From: Blastocladiella emersonii ATCC 22665
Lineage: Eukaryota > Fungi > Blastocladiomycota
DNA length: 64,000 nucleotides
Assembly (NCBI GenBank): GCA_025594325.1
Contig: JANHCV010000012.1
Coordinates: 124,001 to 188,000, forward strand
Reading direction: 5' to 3'
Shown in pieces: positions 1-12,016 of this stretch (the stretch's first letter is position 1; every line of letters starts with the position of its first letter). The notes under the pieces are model-generated. The model saw nothing but the letters and a program-made list of their open reading frames with translations, had not been told where the DNA came from and made no database searches. A program made the translations under genes and the position numbers.

Positions 1-277
1 CAAGAGTTTCTGGGCCTTCGTGTCCCCTTCCGCTGGCAAGGTAACGGGCGGCTAGAGTTGAGGAGAAGCGGCCCATATCAATCAGTACAATCGTTCATTA
101 TGGATAACCAGGGGTCCAGGGACACTCCTTTTCGATACAAAGGGGATCCGTAGCCGATATTCATAGAGTGAGAGTAGACCAAGCGCGAACAGAGCCCAGG
201 TGGGCCACAGAAGTCCCGCGGTTTGAAGCGGGAGCTGCGACTCGCGCCACCAGTCGAGCACACGAAAATGTCGATTT

Positions 278-640
278 TCAGCTGCCTTTTTTGAGCGCCG
301 CGGAAGTATGTTCGAGCGACATGTTAAAGTGGCGGCGGTACTGCAGCAGATCAGCGCGGACCGAGATGGTCGCCTGGTCAGCCGAAACGCGAGAGATTTG
401 GTTGCAGATGGCGATTATAACGCCGGGGATTTGCGCTCTTGGCGCCACACGAGCGTACTCGAGCATGGCGCCGACCTCGTCCGGTTGGTGCAACTTCACC
501 GCGTCGACGAGAATCTGGTCCAAGAGCGCCGGAATTGCAAGCTTAACGTGTTGCATAGAGTCCATTTGTTTCATCATTTGAGCTGCATCCATGGCTACGG
601 GGGAAGCGGCGATCCAGCGTCCGCGATCGCTTCGTCTCAA
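278..640 (-). pseudogene. Fragment of the ankyrin-like N-terminal module of the local Ank-LRR family
   Basis: LLDQILVDAVKLHQPDEVGAMLEYARV aligns with VFDRILCHAVRLHDPDDVAGMRRYSRI (41.5 kb) and VVELILERAARLHDTHDTPGLLKYLRA (41.2 kb). The ORF ends early. Confidence 0.55.
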
Positions 641-699
641 GCCGCACTGCGGGACAGGTTGACAAGAGTGGCAGCCACCGTCGGCTGACCGCGTTGCGA

Positions 700-1140
700 C
701 GCGTTTGCCGCGAGAAGGCCATCGTGCGGTTTACGATGCATTGGCAGGAATTTACTTGAAACCATATGGACGCTTTGTATCTGGTCTTCAATCGCGGGCT
801 CAAACCCTCCGCCACGTGCGGCATCAGCTCACGCGGGAGACCTGGACTGCTGCGCAAGCGGATCGAGTCGGCGACGCGCTTGATCGCGATCAGGTAGTTC
901 GAGAAGTGATTGCCGTGCAGTCGGAGCAGATGCTTTAAAAATGCCTCGATTAAGTTCAGAGTATGAGTGCACGCGCATCCTGCCAGGATCGCCGCGTCCG
1001 CAGCAGTGCGGTTGTGCGAACGCTCTGAGGGGCACGGACACGTCCTCCCGGTCGAAAAGCGGGTGATGTGGTACACCTTGAAGGTCGCGGAACGTGTGCG
1101 TGAAAAATGCATCGTCATCCGAAAAGTTGCACTGAGCAAC
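700..1140 (-). pseudogene. Degenerate LRR-like coding remnant abutting the truncated Harbinger copy
   Basis: LKHLLRLHGNHFSN and VAEGLSPRLKTRY resemble the LPxxLxxLxLxxN repeats seen elsewhere in the window. No intact gene. Confidence 0.3.
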
Positions 1141-1563
1141 GAAGGTCTCGCGGGGCATACGGGCGATTTCCGAAAAACGCGTTTTGCTGTTGCACGTCAG
1201 CAGCTCTTGAACCCACGACTCGCCAGAAAGCGTGGACGTGCGGATAGGCTCCCACGAGCGGCGCTCGTTGCGCGCAGCGAGACGTCGCAGGAGAGCGAGG
1301 GCGGCCGTGAGCATGAGGCCGCGCAGCTTGCGGTTGTATCCCTTGCCCATGTTGTTTGAGGGCTCGAGAACACGATGCGTGAGGTTAGGTGTTGATTCGT
1401 TGCAATAAGTGCGGCTGCAAAGAGGTGGGAAAGATTTTATTGCGGGGGGGGGGGGGTTCATCCAGCGGGGCGTTTGGTTCGCACGGCCGCTGAGATGAAC
1501 GGGGGTGAGGTGAAACGTGGCAACTTTTTCAGCTGATCCACCTGATCTTAACCAAACGGGCCC
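1141..1563 (-). mobile_element. Truncated PIF/Harbinger copy (one terminus plus the 5' part of the transposase)
   Basis: Near-identical reverse complement of 11803-~12226. TIR ends ...AACCAAACGGGCCC at 1563, followed by TTA. Homology stops after the codons for MPRETF at ~1141. Confidence 0.93.
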
Positions 1564-1597
1564 TTACTCTGCACGCGAGGCGCGCTCTCCTTGAGGC

Positions 1598-4500
1598 TCA
1601 CTCGCTTAAGTAGTACGCGCGGACAGCCTCGGCGTCAGCAGCTGCGGCCTCGCTGATGAGACGGCTAAAGTACCCGCCGCCCGCATCGCCGCTGTCCTGT
1701 CGAGCGGGGCGGAGTAGGAGGTCGTGCGGGTGGCCCGACTCAACGACGCGGCCACCATCGACGACGATGACCCGGTCGCACCCGAGATCGACAAGCGTGC
1801 GTAGGCGGTGCGCGATCGTGATCACCGTCACCGACTCCTTGGCGTATATGGCGCGGAACACGCGCCAGAACTGCTCGTCCGAGGCATACTCCATGGACGA
1901 CGTCGGCTCGTCGCTACGCGATTTCAATCCATCAGCGGGCTGTAGCGTGAGCGCGTGAGAGAAGGACGTACCACAGAAAGATCTTGGCCCGCTTCTGCCG
2001 CGCCGCGACCATGGACCGGAGCAGCGCAATCAGCTGGACCTGGCCCTGGGACAGATCGCCCGCGCGCTCGAGCTCCGTGTCGAGGCCGAACGGCAGCTGC
2101 GCGGAAAACTCGGCGAGCAGGGCGTGCAGCTCCGCGTCGCTGACGTCGCCCGTCGGGTCGAGCGTGTACCGCAGCGTGCCCTGCAGCAGCACCGCCTCCT
2201 GGTTGACGTAGCCCAGCTGCCGGCGGAGGTAGTGCACCGAGAGATCGCGCATGTCGACGCCGTCTATGAAGACCGAGCCCGTTGTGTGCGGAAGGGCGCG
2301 GAGCAGCGCGGCGAACAGCGTGGACTTGGACGAGCCCGTTCGCCCAAGTATCGCGACGCGGGCGCCGCACGGGACCGTGAACGACACGTCGCGCAGGACC
2401 CAGTGCCACTCTTCCTCGCCCGCGTCCTTCGAGCGCGTGTACGCGCCGCTCAGGTTGCGCACCTCGATGGGACCCGCAGACGGCCAGCCGGGTACGCGCT
2501 CAATGCCGCCGCTCGGCTCGGTGGGAAGCGCCAGATGCTCACCGACGCGCTCGACCGACTGCACGTTGGTCTCGACGTTGGCAAGCCCGAGTACCGTGAG
2601 GTTGAGCGTCTGCGCAAGGACCAGGACGTAGTTGAGGGCGAGCGCGGCCCACGGACCGACCCGCTCGGCATCGCCCATGGCGGGTCGAGGAGCCGTAGCC
2701 GCCATGATCAGGAAGCCAATGGCAGCGAGGAAGCTGACGACGGCCATGATCACGTCGGCGTGCACGAGGTACCACCGCGTGCAACTGACCCGGGCCATAG
2801 TAAGCCGCTGCGACGTGGTGAGCCGGTCGAGAGTTGACTGCAGAAAGTAGGTCTCGCGCGAGAAGGCTCGGATACACGTCGCTGCCATCTGCAGCTCGCC
2901 AATCCGCTCGAGAACGGGCGCAAAGTGGGTGCCCTCCATGCGCCGCATGTCGCGCGACGCGCGGACGTAGATGCGGCTGAGGTGACCAAATACGAGGAGG
3001 CCAGGGAGACAGAATAGTAGCACGGCCGGAGAGGCGAGCGCCAGCGCGGCAATCGAGGTCAAACCGTTGAGTGTCCACCCGAGCGCCACCTTGACGTCGA
3101 CGGCGAGGTCGCTGTCGATGCTGCCAAAGTCGCGGGATAGCCGCGTCATGCAGTACGCAATGTTGTCGGCGAACCAGGTCAGCGGGAAGGCGAGCGTACG
3201 CCGGACGAGCGCCTGGTGCAGGTCGTGCGAAGCTTGGTGCGCGCCGTGAAGAAGCAGCCAGTAAGCAACGGCGTGGGCCGCGACGGAAGCGAACTTGAGG
3301 GTAGCCATGGCGGTGAGAGCCCAGGTAGTCGAGGACGGAGTCGCGGACCAGTCCTTGAGGAACACGTCTGCGTTCAGCTGGAGGGCCTGGACCGCAGCGA
3401 GGAAAATGAGAGCAGCGAGGCCGCGAGCGTAGCCAAATGACGACATGTAGCGGTGGTAGTGGGCAAGCTTGATGGAGCCGGTAGAACGTGACTCTTCGCG
3501 ACGGACAGGTGCGGCGGAGCCAGGGACTGGGAAGCTCGACTGAGTTGCATCAGAAACGGCAGAATTAGCCGAATGTGCTGTTTTCTCGGCCTGCTCGATA
3601 ACGCGGAGAAGGTCGGGTCGGGTAGCCGAAACCTCAGCTGGCGTACCGGCTGCAACAACTCGGCCAGAGTCAAGGCACACGACAAGGTCTGCGGCCGACG
3701 TGGCAAGCGCGACCGCGTTCGAAGCAAAGATGACCGTCTTGCCATACTTGCGCACGGCCGGAATGAGAGCCTGATGGTACAGGTGATTGGCGGTGATCGT
3801 GTCGACCGCGTTCAGGTCCTCGATCAACATCACGTCAGCGTCCGAGTACAGGGCACGGGCGAGAGCGACACGTTGGCGAGTGCCACCGGAAAGCGTTGAG
3901 GGACCGACATGCGTGAGATTGCCGTAAGGAAGAGCATCAATGTCGGGGCCCAGGGCGCACTGGTCAATGACGCGAGCGAAGCGAGACGCGTCCCAAGAGC
4001 GGCCAAACGTGATGTTTTCGCGGAAGGAAGCGTTGAGAATGGAAACGGTCTGCTCGACGTAGGCAAGCTTGCGGTCGGGAAACTGGATAGTGCCGCGCGT
4101 GAGAGGAAGCTCTACACACGGATCGAACGCGGCTGGTCAGCACACTCACACTCTACCAACTTCGCTGCTAGGATGAGCTACTTACCCCCGAGCAACGCCA
4201 AAAGCAGGGAACTCTTCCCACTCGCCAGCGGCCCAATTATGACGCTGAGCTTGCCCAGCGGGAGTGTAAGTGCCGGGATGTCAAGGGTAAACTGAGAGCC
4301 CAGCGGGATCTGGACGGAGTCAAACATGATGTTGCCGTTCGGCTCGCACTTGCGGTGAGGGCCGGGCTGCCGCGAAGCCGTGTGCTGCTGAGACTGGTCA
4401 AAGAAGTTTGCGAGCCGGCGCCACGAGATAAGGCCTGCCACAAGGACGTGTCCGTATAATTCAGGCACCAGACGCATCGGCCAGTCAAGCATGTAGAGCA

Positions 4501-6137
4501 GGAATACGCCTGTGAAGACCTGCGATGGTGTGAGAGGCAGTGTCGGGTTAGCCCAGGCGTAGGCGCCAAATGTAATCACCGTGACGGCGACCGGTGTAAG
4601 CGTCGCGAGGAGAATCATGGCCGCGTTCCACGCGAGGGCGGATGCAATGAGCTGAAGCTCGCGGACACGCTCATGTTCAATCTTGGTTTCGAAAAGCGAC
4701 TCCCAGACCTGGGCCTTGATGAGGCGAATTGAGGCGAGCACCTGGGACACGAGCGCCAGGCGGCGGTCCGTGTAGCGGCTGGCCTCACGCTGTCGGGCTT
4801 TGACACGCCGCGCGATCGCCATGTTGGCCGGGACGACCGCTAGCACAAATAGTGTTGCTGACGCGACGGGAACAACATCAAAGAGTGCCACGAGGTAGAC
4901 GAGAGCGTAGACAGCGCGCAATGGGAGAAAAAAATTTGAAAACCCACTGCCGAAGACATCAATCAATTTCCGCGCATCGCCAGCCGCGAGCGAAATGACG
5001 TTTCCCGCGGGGCGAGTTGAGGTGAGCAGGCACTCAGCCATAAGCGCGCTCATCACCGATGATACACGCATGCCCATGGCGCGCGACCAGAAATTACACT
5101 GGGTCTCGGCCACGACGCGGACAACACCTGTCGCGAAGAAGACGACGGCCCAGGTGTATCCAATCGCAAGTGGCTCGACGGCCTGGTGGTGCTGATCGTG
5201 CGACTCGCGCCGATCGAGGAAGCTAAGGAATTGCTGCATCGAGTAGGCCGTCGCAAACGGAACTGTGAAGTTGATGAATCCTAGAAGGAGGACGATGCCA
5301 GTTTGCCACTGCAAAGTTGACGCAAATAGCGTCCGGAAGAGTCCAGATCCCGGATTTGCGGCCCGACAGCGCTGAAATCGCTGGAAAAGGTACGTCGGAG
5401 ACTCGGATCGAAACAGGTGAGGGCAGTCGTCAAGTTCGAGACGGTCTACCTGAAGCGCACGTGCAATCGTTGGCCACGCCCAGTGGAACGTGATGAGCTC
5501 CCACAGCGATGAAGCGGAGGCGCTCGAGTCCGAGGGATGGTCAATGAAGCTTGACCGGTGTGCAAGGATGTGCAAGACGACTGGCAGTGCGAAACCCACA
5601 ACGAGCAGTTGGCGTTGTGGCGTGAGCTCGCTCAGATGTGCGATGTCCAAGGCGTCAAAGGCCGCCAGCGCGAGCATTCCAACCAAGTAGCCGCCGACCA
5701 TGAAGCTGCATGAGACGTGGGCGAACGCGGGGGCCTCGAGCTGCTGGCGGCGCAGGTGGACGGAAGCGGCAGCGAGCAGGATCACAGCGAACTGGACGCA
5801 ACAAGGCGTGTGGATTAAGTAAGCCTTGCAAGCTCGTGCATACGGTGTGCAACGATCGTACCCAGCCGTACGACTCAAGCCCGCACTCCTTGTCGCGATA
5901 GTGGAGCGCCGCGACGGCAAGCATCACAACGACCAGCAATACGCCAAAGATGGTCTCTAGCGGCGAAGGAACGCCCTTGCACCGGGGAGCTGCCAACGGA
6001 TCGTCAGCTGGTAACGGGGCGTAGTCCGTGCGGGACCGCGCATTGTGCAACTTGAGTGCCTTTTGGACAAGCGCGACGAGCGCGAGGGCGCCTACCCACA
6101 CAACGGGAGCGAGAACAAAGGCGTCACGAACAATCAT
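1598..6137 (-). CDS. ABCC (MRP-type) ABC transporter, TMD0-TMD1-NBD1-TMD2-NBD2, about 3 introns
   Basis: NBD1 Walker A GPLASGKSS and signature LSGGTRQR. NBD2 GRTGSSKST and LSQGQ, Walker B IFLCDEPTS after splicing, H-loop IAHRL. ORFs 5655-6254, 4178-5920, 1932-3833 and 1598-2029 are joined by GT-AG introns. ATG at 6137, TGA at 1598. Confidence 0.92.
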
Positions 6138-6675
6138 CTCAGCGGTGTTGGGGAGGGGGAGAAGGGACCACGAGGACCCAGAGCGGGGCACGAAAAGGGC
6201 CCTCGATTGACTCGATTGCCGTGTGCAGGAGCCGTCAACCGTTTCCAGCGGCACCTGACGTCCTTGCCTACATCGACTGGATAAATTTGCAACAAGTCTG
6301 ACATGGATGCATTGTGGTCATGATGTGTCGCGGGTCGTGAGAAATGGATGCGAGCGCGCGGCTGCAACGAGACACGCCCCGGTTTGGTCACATGATTTAT
6401 ACTGATACATCGATCTTTGTCCGGATATCTTCTCAGGCGAAAGAAATGAGTGTTTCTTCAAAGACATATGTAGTAGTTTTTCTGCGTCGCTCCTCTCGCC
6501 CTCTCAGGACCGCGTGGCGCCAAAGGCAAAGCATCGGACATAAACGCGTTGCGCCACTGACGTGATTTAGACGCGCCTCGGCAAGGCTCTCGACAGCTCG
6601 TATCCGTCCAATACTTCGACGATCATGCGGACTGACACGAATTTGATCATTCAAACAACACGTAGTTACGCCAAC

Positions 6676-9600
6676 TCAGAGACCCCTGTCCAAAAAGTCC
6701 TTGAGTTCGGTGCCAAGAGTATCCACTCCGCTGCGGCAGACGGGGTACGCGGGGAAAAGAATCACACGGTGGAGATACGGACGCAGCTTAGTGTAGAGCG
6801 AGGCGCTGAAGCGCTCATCCGTCTCGGGAAGAGGGTCGCGCAGGGGCACGGACTTGAATGTGGAGCACGTAATGGCGGTGTCAACCGGAAGGTCTGTCAC
6901 GGAAAGCCCCCCAGAAACAGCACGTTCACACTCCTTGAAGACCTTCATCCGGCGGTTGGCCTCTTCCGCCCCGATCGGGCCTTTGCGCTCCCACAGGGTC
7001 GCAACGGTGCACTCAAGGGCAGGCGTAGGAATTGTGCCTGGACCAGCTGACCGCACAAAGACAGGCCGATCAAAAAAGATGAAGAGCACGGGGCTGCCGT
7101 TGTCGTACCGCGTCACAGAACCATATCCGGTTTCAAACGCCTGGAAGATGACCTGCGTAAACTGAGCGAGGCCAGGTGCCCCTGGCGGTCTGGGCTCAAG
7201 CGACCGCCCTGGCGAAGTTTTGCGGCTGTACATTGTAGCAGCCGGCGAAAACTGAAGAGCTATGGAAAGGTCTTCGGCCATGCAAATGGCTGCGCGGATC
7301 GAGTGACGCAAAACAGGGCTCTCCAGCGGAGCAGCCACGCGGCGCCCAATACGCGGATACAGCGGGAAGAGGCCAAGCTGCGCTGCAACGCCCATGACGC
7401 GAACAAAGGTAATGACAATTCGACCATCCCTGCGCGCAGCGTCGAGAGACGTGATGTGAACGGGCGAGGTCAAGAGCATCTTCTGCGACGTTCCGTTGAC
7501 AAACTCAAGGATCATCGCGCCTGGTTCGTAGAGGGGTTCGTACGGCCGAGGGACAGAAAACTTGGTCTGAGGTAAACCGGGTCTCAGCTTCAAGACGAGT
7601 TGAACCGTTTTTTCCGCCTCGATGACATGTTCCGCGCGAAACTTCCACGAACTTGAGGCATCAGATCCGGCTTGAGCAAGCGGCGGGCGGGACTGAATGA
7701 GCGCGTTGAGAAGCGGGTTGTACTGCTCAAGTGAGTCCTCGGTCACGATGGCATCTGAGAGCGGGACAAGGCGCCCGCCGAGCAGTTCACGCTGAGGTTC
7801 AGCACTGCCCGGCTGGCATGAAAGAGTCTCGCGGTACACGCCAAGGAGGGCGTCTTTGGCGGATGGGTTGAGCAGATTTGCTGGAAAGCGCGTCAGGACA
7901 CGCAAGCGCGGCGTTTCGCCATGGATGAGCTCGACCTTCAACGCCTCCTGACAATATACTCGCGGGGACACTACGAGTTCCAGAACAAGGTGGGTAGGCG
8001 AGGAGTCGCGCGCATCACCAGCGGGTACCGTGAGCTCAATGCACGCGATACGAGGGGGGTTTTTTGCGCCTCGGATCCCGTAGAGCGGTAGTGTAACGAG
8101 GAGCTTGAAAATGTCAGCGGTTAAGCCTCCGGAAGCAAGGATAATCTCTTGGATAAGCTCCGCAATTTCAGGCCAATGCGGCGATGTGTGAGGTGTTGAG
8201 CCGGTCCACACAATTCGGCCCGACGCGAGTGCAAAGCTCAAAAGTTTAGGAATAATGAGGCCCCACGTAGAGAGCGCATCTACGCGCACACGGAACGGCA
8301 TTAGCGAAATTTGTTTAGAGGGCACGGAAGCTGCCGTACCTGGTGCCTTTTGCAAGGCGTGAAACTGCGCACAATCAAGCAGTGCCTTGGTCAAAAAGGG
8401 CGACTCTCGCAGCGCGCTCGGAACATTCGGGTGCGGCAGCTTGGTGAAAGTAAGGTAACGGACGGGAGAATTTCCTAGCTGCGCCCGGCTCCACGCGAAG
8501 TTGTGAAGCCAAGTTGACATGTCCTCGAGATTCGAATAATCCGCAAGAGAGACGCCAAAGAACGCAGGGAAGGCAGCGTGAGGGAGCCCCGTCGCGCGGA
8601 CCACGAACTCTTCCTGGTCGTTTTTGGGTTCGAGGTCGTGCTCAAGAACGTACCCAAGCAGGCGAGATCGCTCGGCGCGTTGGCCCGAGTGCGAAAGCAG
8701 TGCCGAGCCGTGAATCAGAATGCTCATAAGGCCGCACGACTCCATGAGGTTGTTCGTGTCGACAACGTCGAAGCGCATCAACGGATCCGCGGCAAGTTGC
8801 TCCATAACCGCGACAGCGTGGCCATGGACAAGCGTGACGCGGACACGCGGACGGTCATGGCGACACATGGCGTTGCAGAGGCTCTCGGTCCAAACCCCGA
8901 TTTCGGAAAGCATGGTCGACTCGGGAGCGTCTTGATGAATGAGAAAATCGAAGGCGTCTGAAGGCAGCGTATGCACATCCGCAGCGTAGTACGGGGTGCC
9001 ATCGCTCGAGATGAGAAGCATGGTTGGGTTGACAACGACAGACATTGGACTGCTGAGAGTAAATGCGCTCGATGCTGCAAGTCGTTCAAGATTGCAGGCA
9101 ATACGAGCGGCCTCAGCGAACTTGATTGCTCCACGGTACTGCGCCTTGGCCTCGTCCACGCGATGGTTTGCGCAGTCGGTGAAATGCTCGTCAGGCTTTG
9201 AGTCGGCAATGGAAGCCCGCTCAATGAAGTTGGCACGCTCAGACAGCAGCTTGTCGGTCGACCAATCCACTTCAAGCCAAGAGCTCCAGCACCGGCGGAG
9301 CTCGCGCAAGGTTGACTCGTCGAGGACGTGCAGGGGCGAACCAGCGGGAACGCCAACCCAGTCGGTGGCAAGACAGGCGCGTATCTGGTCGTTCCAAAAC
9401 TCGAGTGCGTCAGGGTCGAAGGTAACCGAGTACCACAGCTGGCCAACAAGGCGCGAGAGCGTCGTTAAGTCAGCGTCGGAGCCCGAGACATGAGAGATGG
9501 CATAGAGAATAAGCAAGTTCCGCGCGAGCACCTCGGGCTGCCAGTCGTTGAGCGTGAACGAGAGCGTCGCAGTCGCGCCCTTGGCAGCAGCGTCAGCCAC

Positions 9601-9861
9601 AGTGCGAGCAACCTCGGCCAAGTCGCCGGAGCCACACAAGAGCGCCTTGAGCTCGGGGCTTGAGCAGGGGTCATGATACATGAACAAGTCGCGCGGCGGC
9701 GTCCGGCGGAACGGATGGAAGCGGCTGGTCCGGTTCCCGCGGTATGGCGTGCGGCACGTCAGCATCGTGGGACCCAGCGCGGCCGAGCCATCGACGGCGG
9801 GGGCCGACTTGGACACTTTGCCGCCAGTGGCGGGCCTTTTTATTTGCTTCTTTGGCTTCAT
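6676..9861 (-). CDS. DUF4470-domain protein, intronless, about 1060 aa
   Basis: FHPFRRTPPRDL...LLCGSGDLAEVART...FTLNDWQPEVLARNLLIL...QLWYS and FDVVDTNNLMESCGLMSIL match the DUF4470 family pattern. Likely ATG (MKPKK) at 9861. Confidence 0.75.
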   Translation of the reverse strand: MKPKKQIKRPATGGKVSKSAPAVDGSAALGPTMLTCRTPYRGNRTSRFHPFRRTPPRDLFMYHDPCSSPELKALLCGSGDLAEVARTVADAAAKGATATLSFTLNDWQPEVLARNLLILYAISHVSGSDADLTTLSRLVGQLWYSVTFDPDALEFWNDQIRACLATDWVGVPAGSPLHVLDESTLRELRRCWSSWLEVDWSTDKLLSERANFIERASIADSKPDEHFTDCANHRVDEAKAQYRGAIKFAEAARIACNLERLAASSAFTLSSPMSVVVNPTMLLISSDGTPYYAADVHTLPSDAFDFLIHQDAPESTMLSEIGVWTESLCNAMCRHDRPRVRVTLVHGHAVAVMEQLAADPLMRFDVVDTNNLMESCGLMSILIHGSALLSHSGQRAERSRLLGYVLEHDLEPKNDQEEFVVRATGLPHAAFPAFFGVSLADYSNLEDMSTWLHNFAWSRAQLGNSPVRYLTFTKLPHPNVPSALRESPFLTKALLDCAQFHALQKAPGTAASVPSKQISLMPFRVRVDALSTWGLIIPKLLSFALASGRIVWTGSTPHTSPHWPEIAELIQEIILASGGLTADIFKLLVTLPLYGIRGAKNPPRIACIELTVPAGDARDSSPTHLVLELVVSPRVYCQEALKVELIHGETPRLRVLTRFPANLLNPSAKDALLGVYRETLSCQPGSAEPQRELLGGRLVPLSDAIVTEDSLEQYNPLLNALIQSRPPLAQAGSDASSSWKFRAEHVIEAEKTVQLVLKLRPGLPQTKFSVPRPYEPLYEPGAMILEFVNGTSQKMLLTSPVHITSLDAARRDGRIVITFVRVMGVAAQLGLFPLYPRIGRRVAAPLESPVLRHSIRAAICMAEDLSIALQFSPAATMYSRKTSPGRSLEPRPPGAPGLAQFTQVIFQAFETGYGSVTRYDNGSPVLFIFFDRPVFVRSAGPGTIPTPALECTVATLWERKGPIGAEEANRRMKVFKECERAVSGGLSVTDLPVDTAITCSTFKSVPLRDPLPETDERFSASLYTKLRPYLHRVILFPAYPVCRSGVDTLGTELKDFLDRGL

Positions 9862-10132
9862 GGTGGCGTTTGGGAGGAGCGAGAGCAGACGCCGAGCGGC
9901 GCCGATCAAGTCAAACCGCCCGCCTGTCACACCAATCGGGACCGCTGCCTGTGGCGCAACGCGACCCGGCGGCAGCCTGCCCCGAACTCAAACGCCACGT
10001 TCGTCGTTCAATAGCCCCTAAATTCTGCATGGGAGGCGCATGTGTATAATATTCGTGTACTCTTTCTAGACCTCGGGCGCGACCTTGCAGACTCGCTTGA
10101 CTCAGGAACATCGCGCAGCACTCATCCGAACG

Positions 10133-10831
10133 CTACAACCAAGAGCATTCCAAACCGTCGAACCCGACACTATCGACCAAGTTCCGATATCCGTGGCCGG
10201 GTTGAAAGATCTCCATGGACAGCCGCTTGAGCGTGCGCGGGAGCCGAGGAAGCAGCGCGCGTGCACCCGCGTGTCCGCACCGGTTCTTAGCGAGCGACAG
10301 CGTTTCCAGGGCATGCGGGAAGCGGGCTGCAACCTCGCCGCCGTCCTGGGGTGAGCTCGTGGTCCGTGGTGGCAGTTGTGTTGCAAGGAAATCAATCCCG
10401 CGATCATCCAGATCGTTGGTCGCGAGGAAGAGGTGGGTGAGTGTCGCGGGGAGCACTGGAGCGAGCACAAAGAGGCTTTGGTTCCCGATATCGTTGCTCT
10501 CAAGGTCAAGCCACTCGAGCCGCGGCTTGCGAGTTGCGAGATAATTGGCCCCTTCTGCTCCGATGCAAAGACCGCGGAGCGAGAGTCTGATGAGCGACTC
10601 AGGAATATGAGCAACAATGGCGTTCACAACCGCTTGCGGGTAGCGTTGTTCAAGCGGTTTGCTGGTAAACTCAAGTGTGCGCATTGTTACCGGCAGTGAA
10701 GCCATGAGCGCGGAAACAGCGGTAGCGTCATGCGCGACACCGGAGATGTGCAAGGTCTCAAGCGACTGACTAGAGCGTGCGCGTATCCGACAGTGTGGCC
10801 AGCAGCGCCGTGGGCCGCGCGTTGGTCGCAT
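10133..10831 (-). pseudogene. RNI-like LRR gene, 5'-truncated
   Basis: Repeats IPESLIRLSLRGLCIGAEGANYL, LEWLDLESNDIGNQSL, LPATLTHLFLATNDLDDRG and LETLSLAKNRCGHAGARAL. No convincing N-terminus. Confidence 0.8.
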
Positions 10832-12016
10832 GTCGCGACGTGGCGCTCGACGGGTTCTCTCGACATAGAAAAGCTTAAAACATGGTTGGACGGGCTAAGC
10901 ATCAACCCCGACGTTCACGTTGCACTTGGAGTGCTGCCTGACGACGATTACACGGAAGAGGAGGTCGACGAAGACGACGAAATCGCCCGCCCGCTCGCCG
11001 TCGACAAAGGTGTCGATGCCATCTGCGCTCAAGTTTCGACCAGCGAGTCGACGGACCTCGTCCTGCAAAACACAATCTTATCAATGTTCGGCGTCGAGGC
11101 TCTCAATAGGCCATGGCGAGCCCTCTGCAGTCGGTAGATTCGGTATATTTCCGCGCTTGTACGCTGGATGTTCCTCGGCTCCTCGCACTGAAGATCCCCG
11201 AATCCGTATTGGGTGCGTCGTTCGAGGGACACTGGCTTGGCGATGGTCAACCCTCGACCAATTCGATGAACCCAAAGGTCTGGCCTGCCAACCTCAACTC
11301 GCTCTCCTTCCGCCGGGGCGAACTAGCATCCAGAATTTCGATGTACTTTTCTTGCCTTCCCAACGCACCTCGATTCTTAACCGTCCGAGACTGCTCCCTC
11401 AACAGCCGTGCTCACCTCAACCTTGCCTGTCTCCTCCCGCCCTCGCTCGAGCGACTATATTTGAGCGGAAACGAGCTGACCAGCGCGTGGTTTGCCTCCA
11501 TTGCCCCGCTGCTGCCGGAATTTCTTACCAAACTTGAGATTGGAATGGTTTTTGACATCCACGATTGCCCAGATGTCGAGGCTTCAAGCGCGTCTCAGCA
11601 TGCAATGCCGATCGGCTACGGGAACCGCGGGCTTCCTCAGTCGCTCGAATTGCTTGAAATCAAGGGCGCGCACCTTACATCGCAGCTTGTGGAGTCATTC
11701 GGCCGAGCCCTCCCTGCCTCGCTTCGAATTCTTTCGCTCGACTTCCGCTCAACAAGTGACGACACAGTCGTCGCGCTTGCTCACGGACTCCCGCTTCATT
11801 TAGGGCCCGTTTGGTTCAGATCAGGTGGATCAGCTGAAAAAGTTGCCACGTTTCACCTCACCCCCGTTCATCTCAGCGGCCGTGCGAACCAAACGCCCCG
11901 CTGGATGAACCCCCCCCCCCCCCGCAATAAAATCTTTCCCACCTCTTTGCAGCCGCACTTATTGCAACGAATCAACACCTAACCTCACGCATCGTGTTCT
12001 CGAGCCCTCAAACAAC

